Positions 35,833 through 45,900 of a DNA stretch of 64,000 nt are shown here, in pieces. The number at the start of each line of letters is the position of its first letter. Within the stretch, counting starts at the first letter, position 1. The notes beneath the pieces are model-generated. The model was given only the letters and a program-made list of their open reading frames with translations. It made no database searches and was not told the DNA's origin. Location: IMG/VR virus record IMGVR_UViG_3300020577_006105. One strand, 5' to 3'. Source of the stretch: a virus (Duplodnaviria > Caudoviricetes). Position numbers and translations under genes: made by a program.

Positions 35833-37761
35833 ATGAGATTGTCGTCTCACAATGTAGAATTTGCCACACTTGGGTATGGGGAGATAGGACTTGGCGGCAA
35901 AATTGGATTCGCTGATTTGTACGCCAGTGTAGCCAATCGCCATTACCCAAATGCCATCGGTGCGCATGCACCAAGCAAATTAACGTTTGCATTGCCTCAA
36001 GGAATGCAAGGCTTTTCTACATATGTTGCCCTGAACGATACGGCAGAACCCGGCGCAACTGCTGATTTTCTCGTTTATGCAGATGACGAGCTTATAGCAG
36101 CAACTCACGCAGTAAGGGCAGGCGAGGCACCCAGACTACTTGAAGGCGAATTGTACGGTGCTAAAAAAGTACACTTGGTCATCAATACCCTGCACTGGCC
36201 AGGTTGTCACACTTTGTGGATTGACCCTTTGGTAACCAGGCAAGAAAAACCATTCTTTACTGGCGTTCTTGGCGAGATAGACGTGCCAATAGGTTCATCT
36301 ATAGAATACTGTGACACTTGCATTGCAATTATCGTCACAGACGGATACGAGACAATGGCAGAGGCCATGCTGGGTTCGCTATGGGACAACGGTTGTTGCA
36401 GAGACGCCTCGGTTTTGATTATCACAGACAGTGATAATACAGCGTGCCAACACCTTGCTTCAAAATTCAACGCGATAGTTAAGTACATCACTCGAATTCC
36501 AAAAGATACGTATATCATCAAGTCAATTGCGTATTCGGTTGCCAGAATGATTCGCGCAAACAACTATATTGTTCTGGACGTTGACATGATTGTCACTAAT
36601 AGCCTTAATCCCTTGCTTTCTTCGATTGGTGTGGTACCGCCCAGCCACATTCTAATATGTAAAGAACAAGAAGGGCAGTCACAAAGCACATTGCTAACGG
36701 GAATTGACACTTATGCTCATCCATATTTTGGAAAGTCAGGAGACCTTGCCAATCTTAAGGTCACGCCTCAAATGTCACAACATTGTCCTGTGTTTAATGG
36801 TGGTGTAATGGCGGGCCGGCGAGAGGCATTTTTGGGACTCGAGAGTGCAATGAGAGACCTAATGCCATTCTCTGGATACTGGGAAAAACAAGAAGTTTAC
36901 AACCAAGATAGCATCAAAGTCAAATGGCGCGAGCAGGGTGTGATGAACGCAAGCCTTGCCAGAACAGGCAAGTGGTCTGAACTAAGCGGTGTTTACAATT
37001 GCCAGTTAGCTGTATCGAATCATCCATTTGAGCTTATTCAAGGGGCACCATCTGCAATCATTGACAATCAGCAGGCCACTATCATACACTTTAATGGCGT
37101 AATCGGTCGCGCTCATTACAGCAATATCACTCACAACTATCGAGACGGAATCAAAAAGCCATTTGGAACCACAGGGCAAAACGGAACATCTGAAGCCACT
37201 GTACTTGGTGCGAAATTGTTCAGGGCATGCTATCGTCCAACGGCGTCTAAGGCGTTTCATAGCATAGACTCATTCTGGGATTATCAAGGGTTGTGGTATC
37301 TGCTTTGGGAATCAATATCCGAACACAAAAACCCACGTGTGCTGGACATTAACACGTTGTCAATGTGTACATCAGTGATTGCAATGCGTGCTACCGAATC
37401 GTGTATGGGACATGTGGAAATCATTACCAAATCACAGCCACCAGAATGGTTTATCAACATCGCAGGCAGCAGAATCAAAATTGGTGATGTTGAACTGCTT
37501 GTGAACCAAAGCCAGGATGACTCTAAGCTATATGACATCATATGTATCGACACATCATCCAATGCAAGGATGCTCATGAACTTGTTGAACATATCGAAGA
37601 GCATCCTAGAACCAGGTGGTTCATTATTGTTACTAGACATACAACATCCGGTCAACGACGTAAGCGTAATTTTGGACAAAATGAGAAGAGAGGGATGGAT
37701 AGACAAGTTGGTGTTTTCACATCCAAGTATTGCGCTATACAAATTGACCAGAAATGAATGA
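35833..37761 (+). CDS. NPCBM/NEW2 carbohydrate-binding + GT8-like glycosyltransferase + degenerate methyltransferase-fold fusion (642 aa)
   Basis: YPNAIGAHAPSKLTFAL..FSTYVALND..FLVYAD..GAKKVHLVI (NPCBM); YIVLDVDMIV..FNGGVMAG..EQGVMN..YN..IIHFNG (GT8); YDIICIDT..ILEPGGSLLLLD. Confidence 0.7.
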   Translation: MRLSSHNVEFATLGYGEIGLGGKIGFADLYASVANRHYPNAIGAHAPSKLTFALPQGMQGFSTYVALNDTAEPGATADFLVYADDELIAATHAVRAGEAPRLLEGELYGAKKVHLVINTLHWPGCHTLWIDPLVTRQEKPFFTGVLGEIDVPIGSSIEYCDTCIAIIVTDGYETMAEAMLGSLWDNGCCRDASVLIITDSDNTACQHLASKFNAIVKYITRIPKDTYIIKSIAYSVARMIRANNYIVLDVDMIVTNSLNPLLSSIGVVPPSHILICKEQEGQSQSTLLTGIDTYAHPYFGKSGDLANLKVTPQMSQHCPVFNGGVMAGRREAFLGLESAMRDLMPFSGYWEKQEVYNQDSIKVKWREQGVMNASLARTGKWSELSGVYNCQLAVSNHPFELIQGAPSAIIDNQQATIIHFNGVIGRAHYSNITHNYRDGIKKPFGTTGQNGTSEATVLGAKLFRACYRPTASKAFHSIDSFWDYQGLWYLLWESISEHKNPRVLDINTLSMCTSVIAMRATESCMGHVEIITKSQPPEWFINIAGSRIKIGDVELLVNQSQDDSKLYDIICIDTSSNARMLMNLLNISKSILEPGGSLLLLDIQHPVNDVSVILDKMRREGWIDKLVFSHPSIALYKLTRNE

Positions 37762-38641
37762 GCACAAGTACGGAATCTGTTTAGGCCCGTGGGGGGATAT
37801 CATATGTGCTATGGGGCATTTCTATCAACTCATGCCCAATAAAGAGTGTATCTATTATGGATACCTGTCTCCAGAATCCATTGTTTTAGACTTCTTGAAT
37901 TCTCAAGAGTACATTACCAAAGCGCATTACGTGTCGCCCGATTCTTACGAAAACTACAGGGCAAATAACACAATGATGTGGAGTCCAAACCCAGACACGC
38001 GCAGAGAGGGTATTCAAAAAGCACTTGCGCACTCTATATTTGACCCAGAGCTGGTGGCAGACACAAATCTCAACTATGGATTTTCTGGATATGATGCACC
38101 AGAAATACCTTTAGCACCGAGAATAAACGTACCAGAATACTGCAAAGTGTGGGCAGAGGATGTGGCATCATATCTACCAAGACCATTCTATTTGGTGCAA
38201 CCATTCAGCATCAATACAAATCAAGTCATTCACCACTGGCCTCATTGGAGTGAGTATCTTAGGTGGATGCTTCATGACCAAACCAAACACTATGTTACAT
38301 GTGGCGTTCATTGGGATGACTCTGTTGTGTCTAAGCTCAGCAATGCCACTCGATTGGTTGGTAAAACACCTACGGTAATGCATTTGTGGGCCCTGGCTTC
38401 GCTGGCAGACGGAGTGATTACCACAAGCAACTCATTGGCACACTATTGCGCAGCCAACAGTATTCGCACGATAGTTCTAGCGGCCGAAAGAAATAGTGAA
38501 CCAACTGAGTATTTTCACCACGTCATAAAGGGGAGCAATATCTTGTTCTTCAACAAATTCTCTAGCTACTTCAGGGTGTGTTATGAGACCAAGGAGTTTC
38601 TGAACATATGGCCTGATGTAGAAATCGGTACAAGTAATTAG
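37754..38641 (+). CDS. GT-B glycosyltransferase, GT9/heptosyltransferase-like
   Basis: GPWGDIICA; YLVQPFS..HHWP..W; RLVGKT..LWALASLADGVITTSNSLAHYCAANSIRTIVL. Confidence 0.7.
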   Translation: MNEHKYGICLGPWGDIICAMGHFYQLMPNKECIYYGYLSPESIVLDFLNSQEYITKAHYVSPDSYENYRANNTMMWSPNPDTRREGIQKALAHSIFDPELVADTNLNYGFSGYDAPEIPLAPRINVPEYCKVWAEDVASYLPRPFYLVQPFSINTNQVIHHWPHWSEYLRWMLHDQTKHYVTCGVHWDDSVVSKLSNATRLVGKTPTVMHLWALASLADGVITTSNSLAHYCAANSIRTIVLAAERNSEPTEYFHHVIKGSNILFFNKFSSYFRVCYETKEFLNIWPDVEIGTSN

Positions 38642-39898
38642 ATGACCACGACACACACATCTGAGTTTTTGCGTTCTGGCAAGACGCTGCAAAATCTGTA
38701 TCAGCGATACGACATACAACACTTCGTCAATCACGAATTGGGAGTTGTGGTGTTCAACTACAGACCCCTGAGTCCAAAATCTTCTCCGATTGTCAGAGAG
38801 TGCCGTGGTTTGATTTTGGAGCTCGATACATGGGACGTTGTTTGCAAACCAATAGGCGCATTTTTTGAACCCAGTGAATCTGGATATAAGGCAATTGCAG
38901 ACCAGTTTGATTGGTCTAGTGCTAAAGCAATGCACAAAATCGACGGCGCATTAGTGTGTATGTATCATTACAAAGGACAATGGCGGTGTTCAACTAGGTT
39001 TAGTGCCGATGGCAGCTCAATTGTGCGAAGTCCAAATGGTTCTGGCAGAACTGTTACATGGAGACAACTGGTTGAAGAAGCACTTATGAACAACGGCACA
39101 AGCTGGGCAGAGTTCACAAGCAAGCTCAATCCAGATGTGTCCTATGTTTTTGAACTAGTCACACCAGACAACAGGGTTGTGGTATTGTATTCGACATCAC
39201 ATTTATATCTTGTCGCAGCCGTCAACAGAAAAACACTCAAAGAAATTGACATCTTCAACATGAAATTTCACGGAGAGGTTGCTCCCTATAAAAAAGTACG
39301 CTCGCTGGCCCAGGTTTATGAACTGATTGAAGAACAGCCAGACGCTCATAAAAATGAAGGATATGTTGTTGTCGACAAAAACTTCAACAGGCTTAAAATC
39401 AGAAACCCAAGGTATTCAGAAGCCATGCGTATCTACTCTGTGGATGATGAAATGTCTGCACTCAGGGAACTCAGGATGCTAGATGTTGAGGGCTTTACCA
39501 TTGTCACAGACCCAGACCCAACGGACACTGGCACAGGTGGCGGCGGCTCTGGCGGCTCTGGTGGCTCTGGTGGCTCTGGTGAGACAGCAACAGTTACTGG
39601 CATTTCCGCAGTCGCCGATTCATATGTTGGTGCTATGGCGGCCCCGCCGACGCTTAGAAATGTTTTGAACCGAGTTCTTTACCTGGCAAGATTTATTAGT
39701 GAGGGTTATGAAAACGCTGTTGCTGCTGGCAAACCAGTTGAAGACACTGAATACTACGCCGTTTGGCCGCAGGCATTTGAGGGTCTTAAGAGTGGCCGAA
39801 GTGTCAGCGACGTGATGGACAGTAGCTCAGACCATGAACTTATGAGCGCATTACGCAAGTATGAACTAGAATTTGCAGGTAAGACAGTCATAGACTAA
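38642..39898 (+). CDS. RNA ligase, T4 Rnl1-like nucleotidyltransferase
   Basis: IVRECRGLIL..VVCKP..FF; motif I HKIDGAL; YVFELVTPDNRVVVLY; motif IV NEGYVVVD; motif V region RLKIRN; Gly/Ser linker before the C-terminal helical domain. Confidence 0.85.
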   Translation: MTTTHTSEFLRSGKTLQNLYQRYDIQHFVNHELGVVVFNYRPLSPKSSPIVRECRGLILELDTWDVVCKPIGAFFEPSESGYKAIADQFDWSSAKAMHKIDGALVCMYHYKGQWRCSTRFSADGSSIVRSPNGSGRTVTWRQLVEEALMNNGTSWAEFTSKLNPDVSYVFELVTPDNRVVVLYSTSHLYLVAAVNRKTLKEIDIFNMKFHGEVAPYKKVRSLAQVYELIEEQPDAHKNEGYVVVDKNFNRLKIRNPRYSEAMRIYSVDDEMSALRELRMLDVEGFTIVTDPDPTDTGTGGGGSGGSGGSGGSGETATVTGISAVADSYVGAMAAPPTLRNVLNRVLYLARFISEGYENAVAAGKPVEDTEYYAVWPQAFEGLKSGRSVSDVMDSSSDHELMSALRKYELEFAGKTVID

Positions 39899-39945
39899 TA
39901 AATCAACAATGAGGTCATTTACCATTTGACGTGGAATGCAATACT

Positions 39946-40287
39946 ATGCGAAACACAGACAATATCACAAAATTAGCCGAGGTAATTGCATCAAACGGCA
40001 ATCTTCATACCAGCACAAGGTTGATGCGCATTGCCCAGGCAATCGACGGTGTGCCATCTGACGAATTCAATGAAGCCGGAGATGTGCCGGCTATTGAGAG
40101 CTTCGTTAGAAAAGACAGCCCTATCCAAAATGTGCAAGTGCATACTGCAACTGTAGCATTCGCGGCACCACACGGTGTTTCAGAGGCAGACATTATGGAA
40201 TACATTCTAGGAATTGGTGACGCACTAGGTGTCAAAGTAGAATCATTCAAATGGTCTGTACACGACAGCAAGAAGCAAAAGGACTAA
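39946..40287 (+). CDS. Hypothetical protein
   Basis: ORF track 39931..40287; likely ATG start MRNTD. Confidence 0.6.
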   Translation: MRNTDNITKLAEVIASNGNLHTSTRLMRIAQAIDGVPSDEFNEAGDVPAIESFVRKDSPIQNVQVHTATVAFAAPHGVSEADIMEYILGIGDALGVKVESFKWSVHDSKKQKD

Positions 40288-40288
40288 C

Positions 40289-40840
40289 ATGAACAAACAA
40301 ACACGGTATTCGTTCTCAAAAAACAACATGAACGCTGCCATCGCCATGAGAACCAACGCTTACGGTCAAACCGTACTCAATGAATCTGAACAAGCGAGAG
40401 GCGAACATATTGAAGTCGATGACATTGCGCCAGATGCAGAATTTCAACCACACATCGGCCCATCTGGAGAGTTCGTCCACAATCAAAGCGTCGTTAATTC
40501 ACCCACTCTAAAACGATTTTTCGAAAACTACGCCAAAAATCTCGAGCAATCGGCATCTGATGAAACACCAGAGCCACCAAAAGAACAATTGGTCAATATG
40601 CTCAACAATGAACACACAAGTGTTACAGACATTGATGCGTATGCAAGGGAATTCCCAGATGAAGACCCAGAACCCGAACCAGAACCAATAATCCGCCAAG
40701 CTGAAACCAAGGCAAAAAGAACGTTCGCATCGCGTTCATTAGTGAGATTTTGCACAGAGTGCGGATTTTCGTTTAACGCCGAGAAGTTCTGTCCGCATTG
40801 TGGCCAAAAACGAGCCACATACTCCGCTCCAAACGCATAG
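40289..40840 (+). CDS. Hypothetical protein with C-terminal double zinc ribbon
   Basis: RFCTECGFSFNAEKFCPHCGQK. Confidence 0.65.
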   Translation: MNKQTRYSFSKNNMNAAIAMRTNAYGQTVLNESEQARGEHIEVDDIAPDAEFQPHIGPSGEFVHNQSVVNSPTLKRFFENYAKNLEQSASDETPEPPKEQLVNMLNNEHTSVTDIDAYAREFPDEDPEPEPEPIIRQAETKAKRTFASRSLVRFCTECGFSFNAEKFCPHCGQKRATYSAPNA

Positions 40841-40872
40841 GTACGACTACCGCTCTTGTGTAAAAGAATGGT

Positions 40873-41628
40873 ATGCGTAAGTACAGTTGGTATACGCAAT
40901 CACGAACAGTCGAGTCTTTGCGCAAACACATGATGCGCGTGGACTTGCGTTTGTATGCACCGGTCGAGCTCGATGCTCAATCGGTGATGGCTGCCGACCC
41001 ACACTTGCGCTCACTTCTGACTGCTGGTATTGCCAACGGTCTTGATGTAGTTGGCGTAGTACACCCACTTGGTCCTCAGTTTGGGTGGAGAGCTCAACAA
41101 ATTGCATTGAAAGACAATTTGGATATATGGGTAGTACCAGGCGAAGAATATCTTTGCAATGACAAGACCAGGTTGATTGTGTATCTCATGAAAAAACCAA
41201 TGCCACCCAATCTTGACATGCAACAAGCGTGCCAGCACGCGCATAAGTCTGGTGGATGGGTAATGATTTCTGAATTGACCAAAGGCCAGGCCCAGAATGT
41301 CAATAGTGTTCTTAATACACCGGCGTCGCCAGATGCGGTAGAAATCTATAATGCTGCTGTTGGTCATTACCAAGACATCGACGTACAATTGCCTAAATTC
41401 ATCAGTTCTGCTTCAAGAAATGCTAATGACGTTGAGAGAACTAACGTTTACACACTAATTCATCGCAGAGACCTAGAATCTTATGGTCTTATTCCAGAAG
41501 GATTTGGAGAAGACTTCAAACCGGATTACCTCAAGACACAAACAGAAAAAATCCAAGAAGAACAGGTACCACAATCACAACCAGGATTGGCACAACCAGG
41601 AACTGGCGCTAAAGGAGAAATCATATGA
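40873..41628 (+). CDS. PHP-fold phosphoesterase-like protein, metal ligands lost
   Basis: MRVDLRLY (cf. DLHxH), GLDVVGVVHP (cf. AITDH), VVPGEEY, GGWVMISE (cf. AHP), DAVEIYNA, ISSAS (cf. GSDxH). Confidence 0.6.
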   Translation: MRKYSWYTQSRTVESLRKHMMRVDLRLYAPVELDAQSVMAADPHLRSLLTAGIANGLDVVGVVHPLGPQFGWRAQQIALKDNLDIWVVPGEEYLCNDKTRLIVYLMKKPMPPNLDMQQACQHAHKSGGWVMISELTKGQAQNVNSVLNTPASPDAVEIYNAAVGHYQDIDVQLPKFISSASRNANDVERTNVYTLIHRRDLESYGLIPEGFGEDFKPDYLKTQTEKIQEEQVPQSQPGLAQPGTGAKGEII

Positions 41629-42113
41629 CAACATATTGCAACATTGAAGACGTGATTGTGTATTTGCCAAACAACATTGTTGTTGAAGGTACTAATAGCA
41701 CACCAGACCCATACAACCCAGAACCAGCGAATCTTTTGGTCGACAACATCGAGTTCTATATCGAGCAGGCAACTCAACGCATCAATGCTTTGATACGTGC
41801 GGTTTATGACGTGCCACTAAAGAAGATTAATCAGGGCGGAGAGGTTGACTTTCCATCTCCGATACCAACAGTGTGTGCCATTATGGCCGCACAAATGATT
41901 TACGAACAGAAACTTCAAGGTGCAGACCGTGAAGCTAGTGAACCTCAAAAGCGCAGAGAAGACTGGGCAGAAAACATGATGGTGCGGTTGCAAAATGGTG
42001 AGATAGTGCTCGAGGGGCAAAGGCGAACCAGAAGTAGCAGGTTCATTTCAAACACCCTGAGAGGAGCGCCAAAGAACCCAGCGGTTGAGGGTAAATCACA
42101 AGGCAATAAGTGA
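41625..42113 (+). CDS. Head-tail connector, Mu gp36/DUF1320-like
   Basis: YCNIEDV..IEQATQRINALIRAVYDVPL..IPTVCAIMAAQMIY..AENMMVRLQNGEIVL. Confidence 0.7.
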   Translation: MTTYCNIEDVIVYLPNNIVVEGTNSTPDPYNPEPANLLVDNIEFYIEQATQRINALIRAVYDVPLKKINQGGEVDFPSPIPTVCAIMAAQMIYEQKLQGADREASEPQKRREDWAENMMVRLQNGEIVLEGQRRTRSSRFISNTLRGAPKNPAVEGKSQGNK

Positions 42114-42118
42114 TATAA

Positions 42119-42907
42119 ATGATTGAAGATGTCTACGAAACTATACGCGGAATACTGTTTGACGAATGGCCAAAAAACAACCAGTCGTTGCCGGCTATTT
42201 ACGACCAAGTAATCAAAAAATGGCATCTAGGCGAGTTCACACTGGTTGGTACCGATACACCTGCTGTAATTATCAAGGGCACATCTACACCCACATCAGA
42301 TGAGGTTTATGGTGCCCAAGAGTATCAACACAAAATTGACATAGAGGTATATGTTCAGGGTTCCTCGCGCCAATCGAGTGAAAGGTTTTCGCAAGAAGCA
42401 GCCAGATTGCTCAATGACATTCTACGCAACCATCGAAGAATGTGGGTAGTTGGTATATGCCCAATTTGCGGAAAGTCAGCATTGTCTCCAAAGCATTTTA
42501 CCGATAGTCACAACGATATTCTTTCAACGTATGTTACATCTGCGCAGAGCGATTTTGATAACATCTGGAACCTCACACACACATCAACATCGCCAACATT
42601 GGCGGATAGTGCCCTGGCCGCGACAGCCTTTTTAGAAATGTATGATTCAGTGGTAGATATGACCACTCCAGTCATACCAAATCTGTCAGATGAAGCACGC
42701 CAAAGAATTCTCTCGTATAAGAGTAAATGGCGGAGACCAGTTCGAATTCTATACAATGTGGTAATGGGCGAAATCAAGACATCTGACGGCGGCGAAGGGC
42801 AACAACTGCTATACAAGGCAACTGCTTCATTGTCGGCCACAGAACTGATTAGAGTTGCCGAGTATGGTCCGGATAACGTCTCCACTGATTCGTGGGAACG
42901 ACGGTAA
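42119..42907 (+). CDS. Tail completion/terminator-like protein with Zn-finger-like insert
   Basis: Follows the connector; PAVII..QHKIDIEVYV..LLNDILR pattern; CPICGK....PKHF..SH. Confidence 0.45.
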   Translation: MIEDVYETIRGILFDEWPKNNQSLPAIYDQVIKKWHLGEFTLVGTDTPAVIIKGTSTPTSDEVYGAQEYQHKIDIEVYVQGSSRQSSERFSQEAARLLNDILRNHRRMWVVGICPICGKSALSPKHFTDSHNDILSTYVTSAQSDFDNIWNLTHTSTSPTLADSALAATAFLEMYDSVVDMTTPVIPNLSDEARQRILSYKSKWRRPVRILYNVVMGEIKTSDGGEGQQLLYKATASLSATELIRVAEYGPDNVSTDSWERR

Positions 42908-45900
42908 ATGAATTTAGACCGAGTAGCATTCGAGCAAGTTTATAAGGCGCTGGGTATGGCAAGAAACAGCCTGCTCGGTGACTTTGGCGACACAAACAAA
43001 TACCCAGGCGCCCTAATGCGCATGGAGTCAGCACTGTGTCGACTGCGCCAGGCTACCACATTCCATGACTCAGATGGTTCTTCAGGGTTATTGGCATACA
43101 ACACTGAAGACCCTGTTCGTTTCGGAGTTATGGATGGCATATTGGAAGAGCAAGACCATGACGCACCCGAGTTCGAAGACCCAGGCATTTCAACCTGGTA
43201 CCCAAGATATTACGGTCCGCCTTCTCCAGAAGGCTGGGGTATCTGGTATTACAATGCATGGAGTTCGTGGGATGTAGAACCACAGGCCGGCAATACAGAG
43301 GGTGTCAATTACGACAGCAGACTTACATATACCAGACCGCAACGATGGGATGGTGCGGCGCACCAAGACGTACCGTATTTTAAGCACGGCAGATGGGTGT
43401 CGTTGCTAAATGAAACAGGCAGCACAATTGGGGCTTCATCTTGGGTTACATTTACAATTTCAGCAGACAAATTAGATGGTTGCATGTTGATTGATGCAGA
43501 GACTGATGTACCAAGAGACATTAGGGTCTATGCATATGATGAATTGGTGCAAACTAAAACCGGTTCATCGTGGAATGCGACAACACTTCCATCATACGGA
43601 GACATGCCTGTCGTGCTTGACATGGAGGTCTCAAAAACAGGTTCAACTTATGGAATTACTGTTAGGGTTCCGGCTAATGTAACCACATGGGTAGATAACA
43701 GCTATTGGCATATAGTTGTACTGTGGGGCACACATGAAGAACTATCGCTTGAACCAATAAGCGGAATACCTGGTTTACCAGCAATTACCGCTATATCAAA
43801 TGTGCGCATTTGGACTCGCAAGAACTTTTTCAGAAAAGACGTTGGTGTTCAATTTGGATGGACACTTGATTCAATTTATGCAGCCTATTCGTTTTTACGC
43901 GCCAAAAATCGCACGCATTTCAAGTTTTATGACGGCGAATATAGTGACCCGCCAGTGCCTAGTTTGTATTCTTTGCAAGATTGGGAAGCCGCCACACCGG
44001 TTGGGTATACGGGCGCACTCACTGGATATTTACGAGACCTAAGAAAAGGCGCAGCTTGTTGTATACGCCTTATGGGTCGACCACAGAAGAGCGATTATGA
44101 ATCACCAGATGTCAAGCCGTTACTATCGGTCGGTCCAGAGGTTACTGCTGAGTTTTGGCCAGAGAACTGGGATGAATGTCCGTATTTTCCACCAGAAATT
44201 GATGGATATGAAACTCTCGGCCGCATTGTTGTTGTTAGGGCGCCAGGTGCGCTATATGACATTGTCGACCAAAGAGACGCATCATTCAGGACACTGCTTG
44301 CAGACATTGGTGATGTTGATGATGCTAATTCAGATGAAATATCATCACTGAATTGCCATTTTTACATTGCTTGGATGTCACAAGATGCACTTTCGTTTGC
44401 GCGGCCGCCTGTTGAAGACCCAGACGCAATTGAGAGACTGTTATTTGCATTGTATCTGTCGTTGCTTGAGTTAAGATTGTACTCGATTGATACACCAATT
44501 TCGAGCCTGGCGTATGGTCTACTACCCCCTGGTGCTTATTTACCAAATACCATCCTTACTGGACTGTCGAATCTCAGAAACGAAAACAACACGTCGTCCA
44601 AGGCTTTCAGAGCCGCGCTAAAAACACCAATCAACAGTGAATTGGTGCCAGAAGACGGTTATCAATCATTTGAGTTTGATGCTGATGAGCGCAGGGTGGT
44701 TTCAGACATTGCAACTCGTCCACCGTCAACAGTTATGGCAAGGCTTGATTCAAATTTGCTGAGCACAACAGGCGAAGTACTTGACGTCTCAAATACGTTT
44801 GAAGTGTTCATGGATGAATCAGACCAGTGCGACGCGATTACATCAGATAGTTCTGCTGACAGACTTACAAATGACTACACTCTTAGGCTTAAATTACAAG
44901 ACTTTGACGAAAATCAATTTGAGAAAGACCTGTACGTCACTGCATCAAAATACTATCTTTCCGACAGCGAATACGACGCAAGAATAGCAGCGGGATTGTC
45001 AACACTGGGTTACTTCAAAAAAGACACCCTGCAGTACATGAACGAATTTCGATTACACGGATACGCCGGCGTAATCCCCGACTTGTCTATGCGTGACTAT
45101 CGTATTATCAACACTCGTGTGGTGTCACCGGATGATGAAACACTAGTTACAGAAGAGCAATTCAGAAAGAATCTTGAGAACCAAGGGTATTCACAAGAAC
45201 AAATAGACGATGCAGTCAGAGATTTCCTTGACAACGGCGGGCAATTTTTGATTATTGACCTAAGGCAGTATGATAACAAATTCATCTCACTTGACGAACT
45301 TGGAGTTTGTGTGTCGCAACTTGCGTCATATGACTCTCCATATTGGGTCAACAATCTTAACGGCTTCTTTGATTTTGCAGATTCGTCAACCCCAGACGAA
45401 CCCGTAGAACCAGAGGTCGCTCGTGGAGATTCGTTTACCATCGCGCCAAGCGGACTAGACCCATCTTTGCTCGAGTCATATGGCAATCAGGTGTTGGCGT
45501 CAGAAGACCCAGGCTTGGACAAAACATCCAATACCGGCCACGAAACAGCAATTGTACTTCCGGCTTTTGCAACCAAGATTGTAACTTCGGTTGACAGTGG
45601 TATATCTGGGTTTAAGCTCAGGCTTAGAAAGTCATCATATGACGGTGAGTTTACTAATTCTCCAGGTGCCGGGCTGCGTGCTTCGCTGTACTCTAGTGTT
45701 GATGGATTGCCTGGAAATTTGATTGCAACTGGTGGCACAGTAACATTTGATTCAATATCAGACATTGATTTTACTGAAAAAGAGTTCTTCTTGAATCATA
45801 ACTTTGCACAAGCAAGGGTCTACTGGTTTGTTATTGAACCCACAGAGGCAATGCCATGGGGATTTGTTGCAGTTGAATCTAAAACAGAGCCAGTTACACT

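Noticed and set aside
39530-39580. Synthetic (GGS)n linker indicating an engineered construct
   Set aside because: No tags, vector or marker sequence nearby; a similar natural Gly/Ser linker occurs in 9059..12712
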